Of a stretch of DNA of 64,000 nucleotides, positions 37,314 through 51,614 are shown piece by piece. Origin of the DNA: Octopus sinensis (lineage: Eukaryota); NCBI RefSeq assembly GCF_006345805.1, contig NC_043001.1:94550001-94614000 (forward strand), read 5' to 3'. The notes below the pieces were generated by a model. The model was not told the DNA's origin. It saw nothing but the letters and a program-made list of their open reading frames with translations, and made no database searches. The translations under genes were made by a program, and so were the position numbers. Each line of letters starts with the position of its first letter. The first letter of the stretch is position 1.

Positions 37314-37709
37314 GTTTTACTCTTTTATTTGTTTCAGACATTTGACTGCGGACATGCTGGAGCACATCCTTTAGTTGAGCAAATCGACTCCAGGACTTAT
37401 TCTTTGTAAGCCCAGTACTTAGTCTGTCGGTCTCTTTTGCCGAACAGTTAAGTGACGGTGACATGAACACACCAGTATTGCTTGTCAAGCAATGCTAGGT
37501 GGACAAACACAGGCACACAAGCATACACACACACACACACGTATATATACATATATACTACGGGCTTCTTTTAGTTTTCGTCTACCAAATCCGCTGACAA
37601 GGTTTTGGTCGGCCCGAGGCTATAGCAGGAGACACTTGTCCAAGATTCCACGCAGTGGAAGGAACCCGGAACCATGTGGCTGGTATGCAATCTACTTACC
37701 ACTTCTGAG

Positions 37710-37712
<3 letters not shown>
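37314..37712 (-). mobile_element. Family B SINE with CR1-like tail
   Basis: Near full length; tail GTGCTCCAGCATGTCCGCAGTCAAATGTCTGAAACAAA on minus strand. Confidence 0.9.
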
Positions 37713-37754
<42 letters not shown>

Positions 37755-37756
<2 letters not shown>

Positions 37757-37800
37757 TAGCAGTATTGCCCGGCTCGTGCGTTCGTGCGTTCTATGCACGC
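37755..37800 (-). mobile_element. Helitron-like 3' terminus
   Basis: Minus strand ...GAGCCGGGCAATACTGCTAGT, inserted in a TA run. Confidence 0.45.
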
Positions 37801-38090
37801 GCGAATTAAGCTAAGCTTGGATGAAGTGAAATCAAAATTCAATTATTTTGGTTTTAAAATCAAGCATTTAATGGCCTCTATTTTTGTGCTTATGTGTTCT
37901 ATTTCCTCAATAGGAAGTACGTAGAAGCATTTCATAAATTTTTGTTGATCAAACAATTGCACACACACAGATACACACAGACACAAGTTGAGTCTTATAT
38001 ATATATAGATATATTTAATTGAATTTTTAAATTTAAAACCATAGGGGTCAACATCTAGCATATGGAGTTGCACTTAGTGGTCATCCCTCG

Positions 38091-38130
<40 letters not shown>

Positions 38131-38894
38131 TTCATCGGACATAATTGTCGTTATATTGTTATTAATAACATGAAATGATGAAATCTTAATATAGATGTTG
38201 TTACTTTATTGTAATGACCGAAGTTGTAGGATTGAAATTACATCCATATGAATGACGGGTGAATAAACTTCGCCACGTATTTTTCATACCAGAGGAATAG
38301 AAACAACCATGAATGTGGTCAGGAGATGAAGAGAGGAACAGTTTTAAAATAGTATTAGAATTCTGAATACTTCTCATTGTTTAAATTATTATAGCTGTCA
38401 ATCCTCTGAACAGCTGTGAGTTAGCATGTCTACCAAATCGGGTTTAGAAAAGGAGAAGCAACAACATTTAATTGGTTCGTAATATGGTGTGCGGCGCAGA
38501 ACAGCATTTATTTTGGATTACGCTAACTTATTCAAAAAGACCAAGTGATGGAGAGAGTAACAAACGAATTCCTTCAATAATGAGCGAAACATACTAATTA
38601 TTCCTTTGGGTGTAGCAGTTGCAATAACATTTAGCTTTTGTGCGTGTGGGTGTTTGTAGCTGCTCAGATTAGGGATTTAAAATGCGTGTTACTGTATTAG
38701 CTTAGAAACAGGTCAATACTCTCCACAGAATGAATGCTAATCAACGCTCTCGATTGGGTAATGAGAAATACTATTTGAAGAATCCGAGAAATAGTAAGAT
38801 CAACAATCTTCAGACGATGCAGTGATTTCCCTTTAATGAATTGTTTTCCCTCTCTCTCCCTCTCTCTTTTTCTTTATCTCACGTTCTCTCTGTT

Positions 38895-38937
38895 TATCTA
38901 TCTATTTATTCATCTATCTATCTATCTATCGATCTAT

Positions 38938-38968
<31 letters not shown>

Positions 38969-38970
38969 TA

Positions 38971-39029
<59 letters not shown>

Positions 39030-39033
39030 ATAT

Positions 39034-39071
<38 letters not shown>

Positions 39072-39072
39072 C

Positions 39073-39106
<34 letters not shown>

Positions 39107-39172
39107 AATCAATCAATCAATCAATCTACTTATATATCTATTTATCAATATATCTATTTGTTTGTCTTTTTG

Positions 39173-39237
<65 letters not shown>

Positions 39238-39238
39238 T
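38895..39238. repeat. (TCTA)n/(TCAA)n tetranucleotide array
   Basis: Direct repeat; explains the YLSI-repeat ORFs. Confidence 0.95.
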
Positions 39239-40179
39239 CATATAAGTATGTTTACGTGTGTCAGTTTGTGTCTTTGTGTATTAGAATATATGTTCTTTAC
39301 TGTTTGTTTTACAAAACTGCGCCTGCTGAATATTAGACGTGCTTGCCTTTCCTCAAGTGTATAGATAGGCGATGTAATCGATTTTTAATGGTTTTAGGTC
39401 GGAATCATCCCAAGTTCATGCTTGCTATTGTGTCTTTCCTCAATACTAAATTTTATGATGTTATTTTTTATGGTTCGATTTAGAGCTCTAGTTTGTATAA
39501 GTTGTATTGTCATTTACGTGTTGTATCTGTATACCTCAGTAACCTATTTAGCAGGGAAATTATGTTCGGTAAATTGGCAAACACCGGATCTAAATAATAA
39601 CATTCGAAATAATATAGCATCGCAATAATTGATATATTCTATCACCAATCAAGCATCATAATGCTTATTTACGCTGCTGTCTTCTTTCTAGTCATTAGAA
39701 AATATATTTTGTCAAGGGTAAAAGTTAATATCATTGTATGCCCCGTGGGATTTATGGATGAAAATAGAATTATAAATGATAAACATTATCTTCAAACGGA
39801 GAAACGGTCCAAATGCTTCGTTCAAATTATCCAAGTGCCTATTGGCAATGGAAAACCGTTTATATCTAATCTTAAATAAGAAGTTTATAATTGAAAGTTA
39901 TAATTAGTTTATGTTTGGTGTAAAAAAAAGTCATTACGTATTGAAATGCCAAATGGGTAAAGAATAAAATTGGTTGGAAAAGAGTGTTCTATAGGTATTT
40001 GTGGAAAGTAGAGGCAGGTGAAAAGATAAAAGATAAAAGGTGAGTAAGAGAATATTTTGAAGTTGAATTCAAAAAATGTTGATGCAAAATGAATGCAAGA
40101 GCGGTACTGGTAATAACATGCTGAAATGGAATTGTAGATTGGAACAAAAACAACATGCAGAATCTTGACAGAAAAAAAT

Positions 40180-41240
40180 TAGAAAATTGTTAAGAATATA
40201 TGAAACACTTTACTCGAAAGGTGATATCTACCAGTTGTACATGAAGAGAGATCAGAGTGTAAGTGGTATAAATTGCCCTGGAAGAGTGTATACTAACGTA
40301 AAGAAATATCGTAGAGGAGCATTTGTAGATCAGCACAGGGAAATTATTAAAGGTAGTGTATAATGAACATATGATGAAATGTGGATTGGGAGGAGGAAAG
40401 GATAAGAAACATCTAAAGAAAGCCTGTAAAACAGATCGAAGATAAACCTTTTCAAGGTCAGTTTTAGAAAGCAGCTGACTATGTTTGTGGATAAAAAACG
40501 TGGGCCTCTTTGAAAAATAGGGAATTAAAATGTCCAAGAAACTGTCTTATAATAGCAGCTCAAGATCAATCACTAAAAACAAGCAACTAGAGAAAATATG
40601 TATATGAGGAAAAGGCGGCAGGAAAATGTAGAGAATGAAGTAATGACACACATTGTTGCAGAATGTTCCAAATAGGCCCTGGGAGAATAATAGAAATGGA
40701 GGCATGACCAAGTTTTACGATGGAAGCCTTGTCAGAAATGGGGATTTGAAGCTGTAGGTAATCAATATGATCATCAGGTCGAAAGTGTGCTGGGATCGAA
40801 TGAAATGCAAAATTTTATGAGATTTTCCAATTCAATCGGATAAGAAGCTAGAAAATAATAAACCAAAAATTTATATTAATGAACAAGGAAACGTGAAATT
40901 GGTTACCAAATGGTATATCATGTCCTTTTTATTATTGTAAAGAGGATGAACAATTAATGAATACATTCGTTTAAAAGTTGAAATTACAAGAAATTCATCT
41001 GAAAACTGTGAAGGTTGTGCTGTAATAATTTGTGCATTAGGAACTGTGAGTAAAGATATAGATACATGTTTGACTGAAATTGGAATAGAATACCCTGCAG
41101 ATCTTCTACTAATCGTTTACCTCTTCGAGACAGGAAAGATTATCAGGAAAGTTTTAAGCACTTGAAAGCCTACTGGACGTTTGGAAATACATATGGCTGC
41201 ACGTAATAACCCGCTGCCCACTTAAATTTTATCAGTCAAA
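40180..41240 (+). pseudogene. R4/Dong-type LINE 3' portion, heavily decayed
   Basis: GDIYQLYMKRDQSVSGI, LIIAAQDQSLKTSN, THIVAECSK (knuckle remnant), RLE remnants; ends in (TAA)n. Confidence 0.65.
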
Positions 41241-41307
41241 AATAACAATAATGGCAATAATAATATTAATAATAATAATAATATTAATAATAATAATAAT
41301 AATAATG

Positions 41308-41349
<42 letters not shown>

Positions 41350-41936
41350 TATTCACAGACATGACAGAGTTGGAACCTACATACATTGGAAGCTATGCCA
41401 ACATTATGGAATAACAACAGAAAAAAGATGGTATAGGCACACACCAGAAAAGGCCACAGAAAACGAGAAAGCAACCATACTCTGGGATATGCCGATACAC
41501 ACAGATAGAGAAATTAAGGCCAACAGACCAGATATAGTTGTCAGAGATCATGAAGAAAAAAAATGCTTTCTAATTGATGTATCAATACCGGCAGATGACA
41601 ATGTGTCTCTAAAAGAAATGGAGAAACTCTCAAAATACAAAGACCTGGAAATAGAGGTAACTAGAATGCGGAATCTGAAAACAGAAACAATTCCTATCAT
41701 AGTAGGTGCATTAGGCATGATAAGAAAATATTCAGACAAATACGTAACAAAAACAGCAGGAGTTACAAACACATATAACATACAGAAAATTGCACTACTA
41801 GGCACTGCACACATCCTACGCAGAACACTTTCCATATAATAACCATCAGAGCATCACAACAAATCACAGCACATACCCAATGCACACAGATCTGCGCTCG
41901 GTAGTGAAGTGAAAGCACGCTATAAAAATAAAACTA

Positions 41937-41940
<4 letters not shown>
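41350..41940 (+). mobile_element. R4/Dong-type LINE 3' end with open RLE endonuclease frame (41489..41839)
   Basis: ILWDMPIHTDREIKANRPDIVVRD...CFLIDVSIP...KEMEKLSKYKDL...IPIIVGALG...ILRRTLSI*; 3' UTR ends ACTACTG; (TAA)n at both ends. Confidence 0.9.
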
Positions 41941-41974
<34 letters not shown>

Positions 41975-42099
41975 TAATAAATAAGTAATAACCGATTCAT
42001 TTATTGGCCACAAGAGCCAAGTGGAGAAATTGTGGAAAAAATATGGTCGACGAAAGCACAACACGAGAACAGATCCATCAAAATAAAAAACAAAACAGT

Positions 42100-44395
42100 C
42101 CATGGGAAAAATCTGGACACCTATAACAACAGAAGAGGTCACACGCGTACTGCAAAAAACAAGCAACTGGAAGGCATCCGGGCACGACAGTATCCCAAAT
42201 GCAGATTAAAATATCTAACAAGAACATATAAAACGCTAACTGAACAATTTAATGAAATACTAGCAGAGCCAGAGACGATGCCAGAATAACTGATATTCGA
42301 ATATCAAAATTCACTGACACAGCAAACTCTATATTACAGACCGATAACTTTTGTGCCTACAATTTACAAAGCCTTTATTGCAATAATATCGCAAAAAATT
42401 GGCAAACATTTGGAAGAAAACATCCTGTTTTCTGAAGAGCAGAAGGGATGCTACAAAGGCTCATACAGATGTAAATATCAGCTATTGATCATTAAAACCA
42501 TTACTGAAGACAGTCATAGGAAAACTAAGGGTCTAAGTGTACTTGGGATTGATTATCGAAAAACGGTCTATAGTATTCCTTATACATATAGTTATGAAGA
42601 AGTTAGCACCCATAATCATAAAATATATAAAACATTCCATACATAAGTGGCAAACAGTGCTACGGGTCCAGACAGAAGAGGGACTCATGAAAACCAAAGC
42701 CATCCTCATTAGAAGAGCAATATTCCAGGAAGGCACCCTCTCTCCAATCCGTTTCTGCTTGGCACTGACACCTTGATCTGACATGTTAAGCAGAAGTGGA
42801 TGTGGATACAATTGCTACAGCAAAACAATTAACCACCTCTTGTATATGGAGGATCTAAAACTGTATGCTGCAAATGATAAACAGCTTGAAACATTACTGC
42901 AGCCAATTCATGAATTTACCTAAGAAAGAAACATAAAATTTAGCTTGGAAAAATATTCCAAAGCAACACTGAAAAGAAGAAAATTAGTTAGGAATAACAA
43001 ATTCACACTCGATAAATCAAATGAATAAGGGGGTTAGACCAAAGCCAGACATACAAGAACTTAGGCATCAATGAACTAGATACGATGCAAAGCACACAAA
43101 AGAAAAAGAATATAAGAAAGGCTTACTATAGACGAATGAGATTAATACTGAAAACAGAGCTCAATGCGAAAGGCAAGTTCATAGGTATCAACACTCTAAC
43201 GGTCATAGTTATCTGTTACAACTACAATATTATTAACTGGACTAATCAAATGAACTAATCAAAATAGACAGGAAAGAAGAAAAATAATGACAGGATCTGA
43301 GATGCAGCACCCAAGATCTCATATACACATTTTATATATACGACATATTGAAGGTGGTAGAGGCCTTATACACCTAGAAAACTATTACAAAATAACCACC
43401 ATAGGATTACAGAAGGCCCTACTTTAGACGCATGGAAAACTCATACAAATAGCCACAAAACACGAACAAAGCAAAAAAACTGTTTTCTTTTCCAAAAATA
43501 AATCATATTACCTAAGAACTATGAAGAAAAAGAAGAAAGAAAATAAGGCTGTAAATCAACTGAAATCCAAACTAAAACTGGAACGGCAACGGATCGTGAT
43601 ATGCGATCACTCTATGGCGAATATTTGGCTAAAATATACAGAAAAGAAATAGACAAAGCAAAATATCAACAATGGCTGAGAAGCTAAGGACTCAAAAAAC
43701 CAGGGACTGAAGGATTAATAATTGCAGCACAAGATTAAAGCCTCTCCATTGGAACTCACTAAAAACACATATTGAAAAGAAATACAAGTAAATGTGGTGA
43801 TGGAACAGAAACAATAAATCATATTGTCTATGGCTGTCCAGTCCTGGTTTAGAAGGTATATAATCACAGACACGAATCTGTATACAATGGAAGCTGTACC
43901 GACACAATGCAATAACAATAGAAAAATATGATATAGGCACACCCCAGAAAAGGTTACATGCAATGAGAGAGCAACAATAATCTGGGATATGACAATATAC
44001 ACACAATTCAAGACTAATAGGCCGGATATAGTTGTCAGAGATAGATTACTAAGAAAACATGCTTTCTAATCGACGTGTCAATACCCACAGATGACAACTT
44101 TCTTTAAGAAAAACGTTGAAACTTGCAAAATAAAAAGATTTGGAAATAGGAGTAACTCGAATGTAGAGCCTAAAAACAGAAACAATTCCTATTACAGTAG
44201 AGACATCAGATATGATAAATATTATTCAGACAAATATATTCCAAAATCTGCAGGATTTGCAAGCATATATAGCACCGCATGCTTCCAACGTAAAACACTT
44301 TCAATATTGTGAAAATAAGGCATAACAACCTAAGGCACGCACAACTGCGCTCAGTAGTGCAGTGAAAGCAAGTAATACAATTAAGACTACTGAAT
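42100..44395 (+). pseudogene. R4/Dong-type LINE, RT through RLE and 3' UTR, decayed
   Basis: EEQKGCYKGSYRCKYQLLI, IFQEGTLSP, LLYMEDLKLYA, NRPDIVVRD; 3' UTR CTGCGCTCAGTAGTGCAGTGAAAGC...ACTACTGAATAAT matches 41890-41945. Confidence 0.85.
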
Positions 44396-44409
44396 AATAA
44401 TAATAAAAC

Positions 44410-45875
44410 GTCTGGAGAAATAAATTGTAATGAACCTGATAAAGATAGCGAGGAAAGTGTTTAAGAAAAAATAGTTTAAGACTATATATTTACTGAATAA
44501 CACAGAGAGTCTATGATAGAACTGAAGCAGAAAATCCTTGATAAGCTCCCAATTCTAATACACCATAATATACACGATAGAGAACCTCTTCATAAGCTCT
44601 CAAATACATTCCTTGAGAGAAGAGAAATTATAATTGGAAACTATGTAAAATACGAAATTATGCAAGACTAGAACCAGATCTCACTGAATTTACGCTAAGT
44701 ATTTAGGCTAAGACAACTCTAAAAAAAACGAAGAAAAACTAACCTGAGAAGGATTCTAAATTGGAAAAGTAAAATTGAAAAAGAGATTGAAATAATGATA
44801 GATGAAATATAAATATTGAATTAACTTATCCATGCAAACAAATTAAAAACCAGAAAAGGAAGAAAGATGAAGAAAAAACATAGATTCTCACCAAGCGAAG
44901 ACCTGCTATCAGCAAAAGAAACACCGCAACAAAAAATCAGAGCAAAATCTCAAAGAATACGAAGATTTGAGAAAAGAAACAAATTTTGCAAGCAAAATAA
45001 TCTGTTCATATTCAGCGCGAAAACATTCTACAGAGAAACAGGGCAGGGGAAAATAGCCGTTGAAGACACCCCTGCCATGGATGAAGTTGAAGTCTTCTGG
45101 AAAAATATCTTAGAATTAAAATGCCGACTGGGTTAGACGCACAGAAAGAACCTAATAAAACTTACCAGAACAAGTATGAGAAGACATCACACAGCAGACA
45201 TACGGAAAGTGGAAATCTCCTGATAATGATAGGATGCCAAATTTCTGACTCGCCTCACTCCCGTGAACACACGAAGAGTTGGTCCAGTTATTCAATGAAA
45301 TTATGAGAGATCCTGTGAAAACACCCGATTGATTAGCAAGGGTTATTACCTACTGCTGAACAATAATGAAACCAAACTTTCCCCTAAACTGTCGGCCTAA
45401 AACATGTCTATCTACCACGTATAAAATTTTAACGACTATTCTTGTGGAGAAAACATACAATTATATGGAACAGAACGATATTTTCCCCACTGAACTAAAA
45501 GGGTGCCGACGAGTCTCATATGGATGCAAGACCAACTTTTAATCAATCGCATGGTCCTTGAAAACTGTCATAACAAACGTAGAAATCTGTTCTCATTGGA
45601 TATATTAGAAAAAGGCCTTCGGCATCATGACGCATTCATGGATCATGAAATCGTTGGATATCGTCAAAATTTCTACTGTGATTTCAAGCTTCCTGAAGTA
45701 CAACCCATCAATCTGAAATACGAATTTACAATTATATCAACTTAATGGAATACTGACCGCAAAATATATATCAACTGTGGCATTTTCCAAGATGACTCAC
45801 TGTCACCTTTAATTTTCTGCATAAGGGAACTCAACAAAACTGTGTATGGATATAAAATTGGCGTAACGAAAACAG
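44410..45875 (+). pseudogene. R4/Dong-type LINE, N-terminal and RT region, 3'-truncated at a Tc1 remnant
   Basis: KAKSQRIRRFEKRNKFCKQNNLF, ELKGCRRVSYGCK, LLINRMVLENCHNKRRNL, GIFQDDSLSPLIFC. Confidence 0.8.
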
Positions 45876-45877
45876 CC

Positions 45878-46849
45878 TAAATGTTTGGTGTATCAAAAAG
45901 TACTGTCTCGAAAGTAATGACAGCCTTTGAGAAAGAGGGAAAAACCTCCTCGTCGAAACATAACTCTGGAAGAAAACCAACATTCTCTGGTAGAGAGCGT
46001 CGGATTCTTACGCGATTTGTTAGAAATGATCACAAAAGTACAGCTCCCGAAAGTTAATGACCCCTTCGAGAATCCAGTTAACACACAAAGTGTTCCCCGT
46101 GAGCTGCACAAAACCCGATTTCAGGGAGGGCTGTAATCAGAAAGTCACAAATTTCAAAAACTAACGTTGGAAAGCATTTACAGTGGAATAAAAACATACA
46201 GAATTGAGCCCTAGCGCAGTGGAAGAATGTTATTTTCTCGGATTAATTATTCATTACCTTATTTCTGACTACCAGCCGATTATGCATGAGGAGACAGTCA
46301 AAAGAAGCATTTGACTCCGACTGTATTCTTCCAACACGGATGAGCATCTGTGATGTTTTGGGTGGGTGGGGGCCTTTTCTTTGTAATCCGCTGGCCCAAT
46401 GGTTTCCTTTCATGGCAGAATTAATAGTCAAGACTATTTAAGCATTTTATCTGATCGAATTCATCGTATGTTTGCGGAAGTGTTTCCGGAGGTAAAAACA
46501 ATATTTTATGATGATAATGCACCAATTCACACAGCTAAAAGTTTTACTGAATTGCATGAGGAACTTTCTGGTGAAGTTTAACAACTTATCTGGACACTAC
46601 ATTCCTCAGATCTCAATATTATTGAACATTCACGGTCGGTGTAAGGAGTCGATATCCTCCAGCATTATCACTACAAGAACTGGATACTGTTTTAGCTGAA
46701 GAATGGACAAAAGCTATTTTGGAAACATTTGAAACAATTGTAATGGAAACAATTCAAGCAGTAATTAGTGCCAAAGGCGGTCCTACCCCATATTAAATTA
46801 GATTGTTTGGAAGTTTAATGCGTTTCCATTATTTTGTTCAATCCCTGTA
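45878..46849 (+). pseudogene. Tc1-like transposon, 5'-truncated, with right TIR
   Basis: FGVSKSTVSKV (HTH), SGRK, WKNVIFSD, FYDDNAPIH, DLNIIEH; ends TTTCCATTATTTTGTTCAATCCCTG-TA. Confidence 0.9.
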
Positions 46850-49279
46850 AGTTGGAAGGAATGTTGCCCATGTTTTGATATTGAACCCAGAACGGCAGTA
46901 AATATTTACAACAGTCACTTAAATTGATCACTCTGTATTGCGTTCCATAGAAAACCTGATGAAATTTAAGAAACCCGAGATTATGCATGTTGTAATTGCG
47001 TATGGTATAGCTTCAAATAAAGATTCATGCAACTGTTGTCATTTTGTTTCAGGTTTCAAGGTTTATAGATTTGTTTGATAGAAATCATACAGAAGTAACT
47101 CAGCTTCAAGACAGGGACAATAACTTTATATGAAATAATCTGAAGGAGGAAGACTGGTAGAAACATCAATCAGTTTTGCAATAATAACTGAGGGCAACAA
47201 AGAAATCGTGTTTGTTCAACATATATACAGATATTTAACTGATCTTTCAAAACTGTTCCCAAAATAATATAGTTTGTCAAAAGCAGGTATTTGATACCTG
47301 CTATCCAAATACTTCTCACTATCGTGCAAAAAGATGGGTGAACGTTAATTGTTGATACTGTAGATGATTAAAAAATTTCACAGAAATTTTTTCATAATCA
47401 TTCTCCAATAGATAATAATTTCAAAGATTACTACAACGCCATGTATATAATAATTCTAAAATCTGTAATTATTTATCTCGTATTCAATTAATTTTTATTG
47501 AAACCTATGCCAACAAATATATTTCCATCGATTTCCTAGTACTTTCAATGAAGAATGCGTGTGCCTTAGGAACATGATATTTAGTGTCAAACAGTTGTAG
47601 GAGAAATGCAGATATTCTCCAATTACCAATAGTTTATTGACACAAGGAATGCTTCAGACACGATGAACAGAAAACCAGATGGCGAAGGTTGGGAAAATTG
47701 TGTAGATTACCAAAGATATTTCATGGGTATTCTAGACTACACTATTATACGAAGAACCGATTCTCTTGCGTTAACTAATTTCTTTACCTTTGTTTTGTAA
47801 TAAATAATAGATTTCAGTACTCTGATCTAAGCAACATGTATCTTGTATCACGATTGGTAAACAGCATAATCTGAAAATATTTGCTTCAAAGCTCAGTCAA
47901 AGGACTACATAATTCTTGTTCGGTCATTGTTATACGCCGAAAATTATAACGTGGTTCAGTTGGAAAATTTAAAAGGTAAATAACGACCTCTTCTTGTTAG
48001 ACACAATGGAACAGAATATGCTCATCTAAAAGGAATACCTTGAATATAGTAGTATCATCTGAATAACGCGGTGGTCCTGTTTCTAAGGAGATGCAACTAG
48101 ATTATCAAATTATTTTGATGATTGAAAAGACTCCAATAGGGTTTGGGACACTGGTAACTAGAGTCTTATCTACAAGATACTTCTATTACTGCACCTAGGT
48201 TTTCACTTACAACACTTTTGCTACATGTAAAATCATAATATTTTTATTCTTATTGGGCACAGAGCCTCTAATACGGTAGTCATTCAATGTAATCGAAACA
48301 TTGGCTAGATGTACCTAACTTTTATTTGAAACATATACACCAAATCTTTCACATTGAAAAGGAATTGTTGTATGAAGCCGTCTGTTTCAAATTAAATTAC
48401 ACCCGAACATGTATCATATGCAAAAGCTGAAAACCTTTTCCAACTTATCCACTTACTTGTGAATTATATCATGATAAACGAGCTTGCTTAAACTTTCATG
48501 ATATATCAGAAGAGAAATGTTTATTCTCTATACCGCTCTGTTAAGGATATTCTATAACAAGATATAATCCACTGAAATTTTAAACACCTGGAATGATTTG
48601 GTAAGTTGTTAAAGCTTAGTGACCGCAAATTTTAGGCTGTGGAATATCCATAGGTAAAAATATTCAAGGATGACACCAGTTGCATGCTTTTGGTCGCATT
48701 ACCTTTCAGAAACAAGTACTTTACCCATTGGAATGTCACATAGAGCTCGATATATTTTTCCATTAACACTTCAAAGCTCTGCACTCCCTTATGTCTAAGG
48801 GTATATACATCTACTACTGTACTATTAAAAATAGTACAGTAACAAAATCTTGATATGAATTGAAGATATGTGTTCTCCATTTGTCACACATACGTATATA
48901 CCTGCAAACACGCAGTTTTATTTTCATTTGGACCAAAACAATATCTGAAATAGTCTTTATCTAGTCAACAGTAGTAAACTACATTTATGCCACTACCCTG
49001 ACACATTTTGTATATGAGTGTGTATGTGTCTGTAAGTACGTGTGTGTTTGCGCCTTCGTTATGTACGAGAAAGTAAATAACATTTTATACTACGAGGACA
49101 CAGTTTGTATAAGAGTGTGCATATATATGTGAGTGAGTGTGTGTTTGCGCGTTCGTTACGTAAATGTCTGTCTGTCTGTGTCTGTCTTAATATATGTATG
49201 TGAGAGTGTGTCAGAGTGCATGTGTGTGCCAGAGTATGCAAAAAGTGTATCTGTATGTCAGTGTATGTGTGGTTGTCAA

Positions 49280-49495
49280 TTACGCTGATGTAAACAGGCT
49301 ATATGAAAGAGCTATACTGGCCCCAACTAATGAAATGGCTGATAGATTCAATCATGATCTTCAACAGTTAACATAGACATCAGAAATGACTTGTTCATCA
49401 ATCCACACAACAGTTGATCAAGATAAAATTGCTCAATACCCTGTTGAATTTCTGAACATACTTACAGTGACTGGGGTGCAACGGCGCTTATTACC
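49280..49495 (+). pseudogene. Helitron Pif1-type helicase fragment
   Basis: LYERAILAPTNEMADRFN...SIHTTVDQDKIAQYPVEFLNIL resembles the ERAILAPTN...YPxEFLNSL segment of Helitron RepHel. Confidence 0.75.
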
Positions 49496-50042
49496 TCCAA
49501 TCAGGCTATCTCGATGAAAAACAATATTTTAACAACTCTCAGACAACTCAACACCTTAATGATATTCTGACCCACACCAGAGCACTGCATCCTGAAGGAA
49601 CACGTTTGTGCGATTTAGAAAATGGACGCCATTTATTGGGAATCATTTGTTATACGCAGTGTTAAGTTATATTCCTTACCCATTGTATATGATACTGTGG
49701 TAAAGTAAATTTGAAACAAGCAAACGATGAAGTGGTTATTAAACTTTCAATCTCTTTCGTGACCTTTAGCGAGCTTATGTCTAGTATATAGCCCTATTCA
49801 GATCGAATATTAAAATGAAATTTGAAAAATCTCCAACACATCTAAATCTCATGAGAGCGAGATATAAAACGCCAAAATGCTCTGAAGGTAAGTGTTGTAT
49901 TCAGAAATATTGAATACATAATCAGACGGAAAGACTTGGGAGCCGCTGGAGACAATTGTTTTATGACAGAATCACTACCGCGCAAGCAACAGTAACAATA
50001 ACATAAACAATATCAACAAAAACAACAACAAATAATAATAAT

Positions 50043-50073
<31 letters not shown>

Positions 50074-50102
50074 TTAATAATAATAATAATAATAATGCTG
50101 AT

Positions 50103-50225
50103 GATAGTTCTTTCAAATTTTGGTAAAAGCCAGTGATTTTGAAAGGTGGAAGTCAAATCGATTGTACCGATCTCATAATTTGACTGGTTCTTTATTTTAT
50201 CGATTCCGAAAGGATGAAAGGCTGT
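50103..50225 (-). mobile_element. 3' fragment of a family C-related SINE between (TAA)n tracts
   Basis: GACTGGTTCTTTATTTTATCGATTCCGAAAGGATGAAAGG matches the family C body. Confidence 0.6.
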
Positions 50226-50295
50226 GATAGTTGAATTCAAGGGATAAGAAATACGTTTTCTTGGAGAGTTTAAACATACTGCCAATAATAATAAC

Positions 50296-50345
<50 letters not shown>

Positions 50346-50922
50346 TGATGATGATGATGATGATGATGATAATAATAACGGCTTCTTTATTAGCCACACA
50401 AAACTGCCTGAAGAGATACAAAGAAATATATAAACAATAGATAAACCCACTATTTACAGTGACGTGCGAAATGGGAGTTCATATTTGCAAAGAGATGTTA
50501 GAATGATATTATCCAATACATTAAGGTGCGTATCAAAATCACATAAATCACAAGTATTTACACAAAGTAAATATAAAACTTTCGATGAAATACACCGAAA
50601 TTGAAACAAGATATCTACATAAAAATTAATCGCCCACTTGTTCCCTGAGTGTCTTCTCCACTACTGTGGTGGTGTATTGTTTACAGTTAGATTTTTCACC
50701 GTTTTTGCTTGTTGTTTAGGTTACGGTGTGTAATAATGAGTCCAGCAGCACAAGGTTACTGACGTGTGGCACTTAGTAATTTCCATTCGAAATCTGAATT
50801 TGTCTTCTGTCATCTTCTTCTGTTTAATAAAGACATCCTCTTAATTCTAGATTCTTGCATCTCTTGAATTTCCTTGTGAATTCTGTATAAATGTATTGTT
50901 GAAGTTATGGAACATTATATCC

Positions 50923-51326
50923 TTACTCTTTTACTCTTTTACTTATTTCAGTCATTTGACTGCGGCCAGGCTGGTACACCGCATTTAATCAAACAAATCG
51001 ACCCCCGGACTTATTCTTTGTAAGCCTAGTACTTACTCTATCGGTCTTTTGCCGAACCGCTAAGTTACAGGGACGTAAACACACTACAATCGTTTGTCAA
51101 GCGAGCTTCGGGGGACAAACACATACAAACATATACACACGCATACATATATATATATATACATATATACGACGGGCTTCTTTCAGTTTCTGTCTACCAA
51201 ATCCACTCACAAGGCTTTGGTCGGCCCGCGGCTATAGTAGGAGACACCTGCTCACGGTGCCACACAGTGGGAATGAATCCGAAACCATGTGGTTGGTAAG
51301 TAAGCTACTTACCACACAGCCACTCC
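50923..51326 (-). mobile_element. Family B SINE, near full length
   Basis: Head AGGAGTGGCTGTGTGGTAAG on minus strand; tail ...GGCCGCAGTCAAATGACTGAAATAAGT(AAAAGAGT)n. Confidence 0.9.
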
Positions 51327-51614
51327 TTGTCAGAATTTTTTGTTCTAATCGTAACTGGTATAGTATTATTTCATGTCAGTGACTCTCCTGTTCTTTGAAA
51401 ATTTGGACTCGAAGAAGTGGTTACAAGTTCTCATATTTTCCTTTTGGATGTGCGTACAAAGAAACTTGATTTGTTGCTTAAGGTATTCTCAAAGGCTTGT
51501 GCAGTACGCCTTTTACATTTGTATTGCTCTCATTTGGTTAGAAGCTATACTGTTCACAGTGTAGAAAGGGATATCAAAACGTTCCCATGTTATTTATATT
51601 TAATAAAATATAAC

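Noticed and set aside
46956-46980. CTGATGA...GAAAC spacing suggestive of a hammerhead
   Set aside because: No pairable stem II or stem I and no NUH site in register.
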